In this document: positions 10,129 through 17,408 of the stretch, in pieces
How positions within the stretch are numbered: the stretch's first letter is position 1
Layout of the letters: every line of letters starts with the position of its first letter
Source of the DNA: Candidatus Poribacteria bacterium
Lineage (GTDB): Bacteria; Poribacteria; WGA-4E; WGA-3G
Assembly (NCBI GenBank): GCA_963665235.2
Contig: CAXXLX010000002.1
Span: 1-64,000 of the forward strand
Direction of reading: 5' to 3'
DNA length: 64,000 nt
The notes under the pieces: model-generated
The model's input: only the letters and a program-made list of their open reading frames with translations
The model's database searches: none
Told to the model about the DNA's origin: nothing
Program-made: the position numbers and the translations under genes

Positions 10129-11200
10129 ATGAAATTTCACAAAAATAGACTTTTTCTTTCTGTTTCACTACTGCTGACGACCCTGATATTTTCAGGTTGT
10201 GAGAAAATTCAACAGGTGGTTATGCCTGAAACGGAGCACGCCTGTACGGATGGAACACGCGTGCTGAATGTAGGCTTTTACGCCTATTTTGCACCAGTGA
10301 GCTACAGTGCCGATGAAAACCCGGATTCTGATGGATTCAATACACATCAAGGGTACGAAGCAGATTTACTAACTGCCCTTGAGGCGATGGAAGGCGTGGG
10401 CCTCTCCTTTTCCCGAAAACCTATCACTGTCTGGCCCGGCATCTGGCTCAAGTCTGCCGAACCGGGGTATGATATGGTCGGCGGGGGCATCACAATTCTC
10501 GATTCTCGGACGAAAGATGCTGATGGCACACCGCGCATCAGCTTTACATCGGGACATATCACGTTTCGTCAATCGCTCCTGGTTCGTGCGGAGGATGCGG
10601 AACGTCTTGCGACGCATGCAATGCTGACAAACGATGTCCGCGTCGGCGTATTTGCCGGCACGACAGGCGAAGCACGTTTACTGCAACTAGCAGGGCTCGC
10701 CGATGCCGACGGTATTCTCGCCGAGGGAACACAAATTGAGACCCCCCAGGGCACTGTCACGGCTGATGGAACAGCAGGTTACAGGATTACCGCCGCTGAT
10801 GCCTCGCCTAATTTAGCGGGCAGAAGTCATATCTCCCCTCCCTCACAAAACATGCCGCAGGTTATCTATCTTGGAGACGCATTCGGTGAATCGGCACTGT
10901 TAGCAGCGCTCGCCGATGGCACTATAGACGCAGTTGCACGCGGAGAAATCGGTAACCGGGATGCCGCCCATGCAGCTGATAGCGTCAGTTCGTCGTCACT
11001 GCCCTTGACGAGGAGGTCGAGTACGGCGGTTTTACCGGGAGTTCGCATTAGAAGAAGCTGAGCTCGCTGCATGCATCGACGAGAAGATTAATTATCTGAC
11101 AGACAATAGAAACATCGGTTACGGCGAATGGTTGCAAGATACCTCGGTATTTATGAATCGTGCAGAAATGTGGAACGCCGCAGCAGAAGTGGGGAATTGA
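10129..11200 (+). pseudogene. Lipoprotein substrate-binding protein (PBP family 3-like), frameshifted twice near its 3' end
   Basis: Lipobox IFSGC; GYEADLL, GGGITILDSR, AGTTGE; C-terminus continues in other frames (QFVVTALDEEVEYGGFT, then ALEEAELAACIDEKINYLTDNRNIGYGEWL...GN* at 11200). Confidence 0.65.
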
Positions 11201-11213
11201 TAATCGCAACTTA

Positions 11214-11649
11214 TACCATTTCTAATTGAAGATGTCTCTTTCTAGTAGCATAAACTTCCAGTTTGTGTTCTTTCTAGTAGCATAAACTTCCAGTTTGTGT
11301 TCTTTCTAGTAGCATAAACTTCCAGTTTGTGTTCTTTCTAGTAGCATAAACTTCCAGTTTGTGTTCTTTCTAGTAGCATAAACTTCCAGTTTGTGTTCTT
11401 TCTAGTAGCATAAACTTCCAGTTTGTGTTCTTTCTAGTAGCATAAACTTCCAGTTTGTGTTCTTTCTAGTAGCATAAACTTCCAGTTTGTGTTCTTTCTA
11501 GTAGCATAAACTTCCAGTTTGTGTTCTTTCTAGTAGCATAAACTTCCAGTTTGTGTTCTTTCTAGTAGCATAAACTTCCAGTTTGTGTCTTCCGTTCTCC
11601 GTTTCATTTCTAACAACCGGTAATGATAGAATAATTAATAAAAATGGTA
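11214..11649 (-). mobile_element. MITE family 1 carrying 11 x 32-bp tandem REP units
   Basis: Ends TACCATTT...AAATGGTA, TTA duplicated on both sides (11211-13, 11650-52); unit TCTTTCTAGTAGCATAAACTTCCAGTTTGTGT. Confidence 0.85.
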
Positions 11650-11674
11650 TTAGATTTTTAGGAGACCTAGACAC

Positions 11675-14600
11675 GTGAACACATCCAAAACTCCGAACCA
11701 AGACGCACTATATCAAGCCTTGAACATCTATCGCGATAGCATGCGCACCTTTATCTTCCAAAGCTTGAGAGCAGTACCGGGATTACTCAGCGCAGAAAAT
11801 TTTCAGAATGAAACAGATTTTGATATTAACGATTTTCCACACCTCGTCAGAAGGTATTGGGCAAATGCCTTTGAACACCGCTTCTATGCCGACCGGGATA
11901 TTCGCGGTGCTGTAGGTCTTATAACCGAAGCACGAAATAAGGCTTTCCACCCCGAGGGAGAAGACCTCGTGCTCGAATATGCCCTAGCGCGGCTCTATGA
12001 AATTTCGGATATCCTCGGACTAATCAACGCGTATAGTCAGAAAGCGGAGGTTGAAGCTATACGCGCAAAACTGTTTGCGAGCATAGTGCGCGACCCGGCT
12101 CCAGAGCCTGAACCGAAACTCCCGCGTAGAAAGGCATCCGACCTTAAGCCGTGGCGTGAAGTTATCCACCCGAACACCGATGTTATTGAAGGCACTTTTC
12201 GTAAATCGGAATTTGCCGCCGATTTGCAGGAGGTTTTCGAGGGAAAAGCGAAAACACCTGAATATGGCGAGACTGAAATCTTTTTCAATCAAACGTATAT
12301 TACCCCCGGACTCCGACACCTGTTAGTCAATACCTTGAAACGGCTCGCCGGTAAGGGGGGCGACCCGGTCATCCAGCTCAAAACAGGGTTCGGCGGCGGT
12401 AAAACCCATAGCTTAATTGCACTTTACCACCTGATCACCGGTACACATATCCTAAAAGACCTCCCGACTGAGGGGGAATATGCGCGGTTACGGGAAGAGA
12501 TAGAGGACATCCTAACAGAAGCGGACTGGGATATAAACGCGCCGCTCGACGCAAAGGTCTCTGTTCTTGTCGGCACATATCTCTCTAGCACAGATGCCGA
12601 TAAAACGGCACAAGGTGACCCGCTCAACACGCTTTGGGGCATTATGGCGAACCAACTTGGTGGACAAGATGCATACAACTTTATCCGGGACGCTGCGATT
12701 GAAGGCATTTCGCCCGGCGGCAAGCAGTTAGATGCCCTTTTTGAACACGTCGGACCTGCTGTCATCTTAATAGATGAACTTGTCGCTTACGTGCGGAACG
12801 TAGGAAGCGAGGCCCAAGCACGGCTCTATACCTTTTTTCAGACACTCACGCAGTCTATAAAGCGCTCGGACAATGTTACGTTAGTCGCTACGTTACCGGC
12901 GGGGAAAACACAAGCAGGCGGACAAGTGGGCATGACTGTCCTTGATAACCTTGAGGAAATCCTCAACCGGGTTGATGCTGTCTCCATACCTTTGGAAGTG
13001 GATAACGCATTTGAGGTCGTCCGGCGGCGGTTGTTCGGGCCGCTTATTGATGAAGAAGAACGCGATCAAACCTGTGAAGCTTTCCGCAAGATGTACCAGA
13101 ACGCTCGTAGAGCATACCCGGACAATGTCAGCGAGCAGGCCTATCTGAACCGCATGAAGGCGTGCTATCCGATTCATCCGGAAATATTTGACCGTCTCTT
13201 TCAGGACTGGGCTGTTATCCCCGGATTTCAGCGTACCCGAGCCGTGCTCCGCATTATGGCAAGTTGTATTTCACGTCTCTATCAACAGCAGGATATATCC
13301 CTGTTAATAATGCCTGCGAACCTCACCTTGGATGACCCCGCCCTCGCCGATGAATTCAAACGATTGCTTGAAAGAGCTGACAGTAATTGGGAGCCTGTCA
13401 TAACCGAAATAGACAGACACGGTTCTCGCACCGACCTCATCGATAAGCAATCTAAAATCTTCATTGAGGTAGGCGGTGCAGCACGCCGCATCGCTCGAAC
13501 TATTTTTCTCGGCAGCGCAGATGGGCGTGCTGTCAAAGGCATATCGCAGCAGCAAATCCGTATAGGGGTCGTCGAACCCGGACAAACCGCTTCTGCTTAC
13601 AACGACGCGCTCAGCAGAATGACCGGTAACCTTTACTACCTCTATAACCTCGACGATAGATACTACTTTCACACACAGGAAAATCTGAACAAGGTCGCCA
13701 AGGACAGGGCGGAGCAGTACACCAAAGAGGATATCTACGCCGAAATCGTTTCACAATTAGAACAGGCAATCGGAAGCGACCCCACTGTGTTTGTCTGCCC
13801 CGAATCTCCATGTCCCGTTAAAGATTCCGAAACGGTTCAATATGTCGTTCTGCCACCGCATGTTTCCCTGCCGAGCCGCGAAAAGGAGGAGGACACCGCA
13901 CGCGCCACAGCACTTGACATACTCACACACTGCAGTGAAGATGGACAGCTCCGAACCTTCAGGAACACACTTCTTTTTATTACAGCGCGGCGCGACGAAA
14001 TCCGTGAACTCAAAAACCTTGTCAAAAATTACCTTGCATGGCACTCAATTCTGAACGGTGATGAAATCCACGGCGCACTTAATAACCTCGAAGGCGAACG
14101 CCTAGAGCAGACAACGGAAAATCTTGAAGCCGCTAAGGATGCTGTATCGACTGCCCTATTCAAGGCATACCGATACGGATTGACACCGTCACAAGCTGAC
14201 CCGCAGAAAGACGACTACCACTTCGCTGATGTCACCAAAGAACCGGAGGATACGCAAATCGTACACCGTATCCGTGAACAATTTATCGCTGATGATATCA
14301 TCATCAAAAAGATTGACCCCGGGATATTTGTCGAAAAGTTGCAACGATATATCTGGAGTGCGGACACCACTAAAGACCATATTCGGCTGGACGCACTTTG
14401 GAAACTGACGGCACAGAACGTTTATATGCCACGGATGCAGGATTGGAACGTCCTAATGACGTGTATCAGAGATGGCGTGCTAGCGGGCACATTCGGATAT
14501 GCGAAGGCATACACAGATGACGAGTATGTCGACTTCTGTTTTGAAGGGCAGGTCGGCGCGCTTCCGAGAGATAAAGACACTACGGCTGTCCTCATAAACC

Positions 14601-14965
14601 CTGAATTAGCGAAAATAATTCAGGAGGAAAAGAAAGGGGCTGAACGGCCAGCCCCGGATACAAAACCAACTCCCGAAGTGGATGAAGAAAAGGCGGAAAC
14701 TTCAACCGAGGAGGCCGGCTCGACACCGCAGCCGAAGGGCCCCACACGCGTTGTCATCACCAAAACTCTGCAATTCACACCGGCTGCCGCCGCCGAGGTT
14801 AGCGCAATTCATGACGAAATTGCAAGCACGCTAGAGAACGATGGCGGGGAAGTCGAAATTCAAATCGTTGTCACTGCCAACAAATCGGATGGGTTTTCGG
14901 AAAACACCACCCGCTCCGTTAAGTCCAACAGTGAACTCCTAAATGCTGAATTCAAAAGCGAGTAA
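11675..14965 (+). CDS. DUF499-family AAA+ ATPase (BrxC-related) with N-terminal Swt1-like HEPN domain
   Basis: LKPWREVIHP, SEFAADL, Walker A TGFGGGKTHSL, Walker B ILIDEL, YPIHPE, FQRTR; N-terminal RNKAFH (HEPN Rx4H); AGGAG RBS before GTG. Confidence 0.88.
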   Translation: MNTSKTPNQDALYQALNIYRDSMRTFIFQSLRAVPGLLSAENFQNETDFDINDFPHLVRRYWANAFEHRFYADRDIRGAVGLITEARNKAFHPEGEDLVLEYALARLYEISDILGLINAYSQKAEVEAIRAKLFASIVRDPAPEPEPKLPRRKASDLKPWREVIHPNTDVIEGTFRKSEFAADLQEVFEGKAKTPEYGETEIFFNQTYITPGLRHLLVNTLKRLAGKGGDPVIQLKTGFGGGKTHSLIALYHLITGTHILKDLPTEGEYARLREEIEDILTEADWDINAPLDAKVSVLVGTYLSSTDADKTAQGDPLNTLWGIMANQLGGQDAYNFIRDAAIEGISPGGKQLDALFEHVGPAVILIDELVAYVRNVGSEAQARLYTFFQTLTQSIKRSDNVTLVATLPAGKTQAGGQVGMTVLDNLEEILNRVDAVSIPLEVDNAFEVVRRRLFGPLIDEEERDQTCEAFRKMYQNARRAYPDNVSEQAYLNRMKACYPIHPEIFDRLFQDWAVIPGFQRTRAVLRIMASCISRLYQQQDISLLIMPANLTLDDPALADEFKRLLERADSNWEPVITEIDRHGSRTDLIDKQSKIFIEVGGAARRIARTIFLGSADGRAVKGISQQQIRIGVVEPGQTASAYNDALSRMTGNLYYLYNLDDRYYFHTQENLNKVAKDRAEQYTKEDIYAEIVSQLEQAIGSDPTVFVCPESPCPVKDSETVQYVVLPPHVSLPSREKEEDTARATALDILTHCSEDGQLRTFRNTLLFITARRDEIRELKNLVKNYLAWHSILNGDEIHGALNNLEGERLEQTTENLEAAKDAVSTALFKAYRYGLTPSQADPQKDDYHFADVTKEPEDTQIVHRIREQFIADDIIIKKIDPGIFVEKLQRYIWSADTTKDHIRLDALWKLTAQNVYMPRMQDWNVLMTCIRDGVLAGTFGYAKAYTDDEYVDFCFEGQVGALPRDKDTTAVLINPELAKIIQEEKKGAERPAPDTKPTPEVDEEKAETSTEEAGSTPQPKGPTRVVITKTLQFTPAAAAEVSAIHDEIASTLENDGGEVEIQIVVTANKSDGFSENTTRSVKSNSELLNAEFKSE

Positions 14966-15022
14966 AATACACGGCGACACATGTCGCAAAGAATGCTGCA
15001 GCAAGCAGCCTCATTTTTTTCT

Positions 15023-15052
15023 TTGACATCTTTCCACACATTATGGTAGAAT
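15023..15052 (+). promoter_or_regulatory. Sigma70 promoter positioned for a leaderless rpn transcript (copy 1)
   Basis: TTGACA-18bp-(TGG)TAGAAT; ATG follows 6 nt after the -10; no SD. Confidence 0.65.
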
Positions 15053-15058
15053 ATAACT

Positions 15059-15644
15059 ATGGCACAAGAATATAACAATACAGCAAGAATTTTGCTAACA
15101 GAGCACGCTCCCGACATTTCACAATTTGTGCTCGACACATCGGTTTTGGAGCGGCAAGCCCCGGGTTTGCTGCCGTTTACGCCGCTGATGCGACGGCCGG
15201 CGGGTATGAATTTAGACCGGTGGGTTCAGCCCCGGGTTTGCTGCCGAATGCGACGGCCGGCGTATGAATTTAGACCGGTGGGTTCAGGAATGCGTTGATG
15301 CAACGCTTGCTGCTCCCGTCGACCAAGGGACACGAGCAGATTTGCTTTACGGAATCTCTGTCTTCGGCGGCGTAGTGTATGATTCTCAACTATTTGATAG
15401 AAATATACCGGAGGAACTTATGATAGAATCCAAAACTTACCAACAACAACGCGGACGAATTATTAGAGAAACTACTGTTAAACACATTTTGGCATTATTG
15501 AAGCGGAGATTCCAGGCAGAGGCAGTGGATGCTTTACAAACTATGCTGCTAAACATTACAGATTTGCAAAAATTGGAGGATTTGCTCTTCGCAGCATCAG
15601 AAGTGCCAAACATAGATGCGTTCGCCCAGATGCTAAACGAATAG
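15059..15644 (+). pseudogene. Internally deleted and frameshifted copy of the Rpn-family nuclease gene
   Basis: 5' end identical to the 15926 gene; the nuclease core (~340 bp) is missing after ...VLDT; ~55-bp internal duplication at ~15230-15290. Confidence 0.75.
15420..15644 (+). CDS. Rpn C-terminal small-protein cassette 1 (74 aa, RpnS-like)
   Basis: GGAGGAACTT-ATG; MIESKTY...VPNIDAFAQMLNE. Confidence 0.65.
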   Translation: MIESKTYQQQRGRIIRETTVKHILALLKRRFQAEAVDALQTMLLNITDLQKLEDLLFAASEVPNIDAFAQMLNE

Positions 15645-15710
15645 CAGCCTTTGCGCGTGTTGCTGGGCAGATGCGTTCCGTTGTATAGTCCCCGTATACC
15701 GGAGGAATTT

Positions 15711-15780
15711 ATGATAGAATCTAAAACTTACCAACGCCAACGCGAACAAATTATCAGAGAGAATACTGTTAAACACATCA
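15711..15780 (+). pseudogene. Truncated Rpn C-terminal cassette 2, interrupted just before a REP pair
   Basis: GGAGGAATTT-ATG MIESKTYQRQREQIIRENTVKHI, then homology stops. Confidence 0.65.
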
Positions 15781-15800
15781 CGTTAGGAACCGTGAATATC

Positions 15801-15863
15801 GTAGGGGCGAGGTCACCTCGCCCGTGTAAAAACATTGTGCCGACGGGGAAACCCTGCCCCTAC
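15801..15863. repeat. Inverted pair of GTAG-type REPs (REPIN-like)
   Basis: GTAGGGGCGAGGTCACCTCGCCC ... GGGGAAACCCTGCCCCTAC. Confidence 0.7.
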
Positions 15864-15889
15864 TTTATACACTCGCCCCATTTTTTTCT

Positions 15890-15919
15890 TTGACATCTTT
15901 CCACACATTATGGTAGAAT
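15890..15919 (+). promoter_or_regulatory. Sigma70 promoter positioned for a leaderless rpn transcript (copy 2)
   Basis: Identical to 15023-15052; ATG 15926 follows 6 nt after TAGAAT. Confidence 0.65.
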
Positions 15920-15925
15920 ATAACT

Positions 15926-16777
15926 ATGGCACAAGAATATAACAATACAGCAAGAATTTTGCTAACAGAGCACGCTCCCGACATTTCACAATTTGTGCTC
16001 GACACAGACGACGTTGAAGTCCTTGAGGATATTGATACGGAACAACAACACACCGTCGCACGCCGAACCGATAGCACAAAACGCATTCGTGTCGATGGGC
16101 ACGAGGCGATATTGCACATTGAGCTGCAACTTCGGGATAGCACACATAGACCGATGTGGGCCCGAAACGCAGAATATCAAGGTTATCTCGTCGGTCAACA
16201 TCAGTTGCCTGTGTATACCAACGCTATCTATTTCCACCGCAACGCGGGCAAGAATGATCCTGGGAAATACGAATATAGCTGGAACGGATATGTGTATACC
16301 CTGCACTATAAGGTAATTCGGTTGAGTCAGATAGATGGCAAATCGATTTTGGAGCGGCAAGCCCCGGGTTTGCTACCGTTTACGCCGCTGATGCGACGGC
16401 CGGCGGGTATGAATTTAGACCGGTGGGTTCAGGAATGCGTTGATACGACATTATCTGCGCCTGTTGATGAGCAGACACGGTCCGATTTACTGTTCGCTAC
16501 CTATCTGTTTGGGAGCATTGTGCATGACGCTACGGTGTATAAACACCGTATACGGGAGGAACTTATGATAGAGTCTAAAGGATACCAACTCCTTATCAGA
16601 GAGAATACTGTTAAACACATTTTGGCATTATTGAAGCGGAGATTCCAGGCAGAGGCAGTGGATGCTTTACAAACTATGCTGCTAAACATTACGGATTCGC
16701 AAAAATTGGAGGATTTGCTCTTCGCAGCATCAGAAGTGCCAAACATAGATGCGTTTGCCCAAATGCTAAACGAATAA
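15926..16777 (+). CDS. Rpn/YhgA-like (RpnC/YadD-type) PD-(D/E)XK nuclease, full length
   Basis: DIDTE...RRTD...ILHIELQ...MWARNAEY, YKVIRLSQ, GLLPFTPLM; helical C-terminal domain. Confidence 0.85.
   Translation: MAQEYNNTARILLTEHAPDISQFVLDTDDVEVLEDIDTEQQHTVARRTDSTKRIRVDGHEAILHIELQLRDSTHRPMWARNAEYQGYLVGQHQLPVYTNAIYFHRNAGKNDPGKYEYSWNGYVYTLHYKVIRLSQIDGKSILERQAPGLLPFTPLMRRPAGMNLDRWVQECVDTTLSAPVDEQTRSDLLFATYLFGSIVHDATVYKHRIREELMIESKGYQLLIRENTVKHILALLKRRFQAEAVDALQTMLLNITDSQKLEDLLFAASEVPNIDAFAQMLNE
16565..16777 (+). CDS. In-frame nested small protein (70 aa, RpnS-like antitoxin candidate)
   Basis: Internal GGGAGGAACTT-ATG encoded by the codons for REELM; preceded by hairpin TACGGTGT-ATAA-ACACCGTA. 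Confidence 0.6.
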   Translation: MIESKGYQLLIRENTVKHILALLKRRFQAEAVDALQTMLLNITDSQKLEDLLFAASEVPNIDAFAQMLNE

Positions 16778-16843
16778 CAGCCTTTGCGCGTGTTGCTGGG
16801 CAGATGCGGTCCGTTGTATAGTTCCCGTATACCGGAGGAATTT

Positions 16844-17068
16844 ATGATAGAATCCAAAACTTACCAACAACAACGCGAACGAAATTTCATAGAAAATACC
16901 ATTGAAAACACGTTGGCTTTACTGGAATCCCAATTCCAAACTGAGGCAGTCAATGCTGTCCGCCCGGTCCTTCTTCGCATAGACGATTTGGAACAACTAA
17001 AGCAGTTGCACATCGCAGCAGCAAAAGTGCCAAACATAGATGCGTTTGCCCAAATGCTAAACGAATAA
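16844..17068 (+). CDS. Stand-alone Rpn C-terminal cassette 4 (74 aa)
   Basis: GGAGGAATTT-ATG; MIESKTYQQQRERNFIENTIENTLALLESQF...VPNIDAFAQMLNE. Confidence 0.7.
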   Translation: MIESKTYQQQRERNFIENTIENTLALLESQFQTEAVNAVRPVLLRIDDLEQLKQLHIAAAKVPNIDAFAQMLNE

Positions 17069-17134
17069 CAGCCTTTGCGCGTGTTGCTGGGCAGATGCGC
17101 TCCGTTGTATAGCCCCCGTATACCGGAGGAATTT

Positions 17135-17359
17135 ATGATAGAATCTAAAACTTACCAACGACAACGGGAACGAATTATCATAGAAAGTACCATTGAAAAC
17201 ACGTTGGTTTTGCTGGAACATAGATTTTCAGGCGAGGCGGTTCATGCTGTCCGCCCGGCACTTCTGCGCATAGACGATTTGGAAAAACTAAAGCAGTTGC
17301 ATCTTGCAACAATAGAAGTGCCAAACATAGATGCGTTTGCACAAATGCTAAACGAATAG
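17135..17359 (+). CDS. Stand-alone Rpn C-terminal cassette 5 (74 aa)
   Basis: GGAGGAATTT-ATG, 291 bp after cassette 4; MIESKTYQRQRERIIIESTIENTLVLLEHRF...VPNIDAFAQMLNE. Confidence 0.7.
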   Translation: MIESKTYQRQRERIIIESTIENTLVLLEHRFSGEAVHAVRPALLRIDDLEKLKQLHLATIEVPNIDAFAQMLNE

Positions 17360-17408
17360 CAGCACCTACCCTTATAGGAACGTTTTTGTTCATGAGGACT
17401 TGTCAAAT

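Noticed and set aside
11245-11587. CRISPR array (also 40336-40739, 46620-47164, 53335-53672, 55549-55700, 58182-58299)
   Set aside because: The 23-24-bp palindromic repeats are separated by only 4-9 bp of repeated linker rather than unique ~30-bp spacers; no cas genes; arrays sit inside TIR/TSD-bounded elements
15651-15710. TTG-started N-terminal extensions MRVLLGRC... on the cassettes (also 16784, 17075)
   Set aside because: No RBS before the TTG; the GGAGG-ATG 60 nt downstream is conserved in all copies and is the better start
15059-17359. Diversity-generating retroelement or integron
   Set aside because: No reverse transcriptase or tyrosine integrase in the window; differences between cassettes are not adenine-restricted
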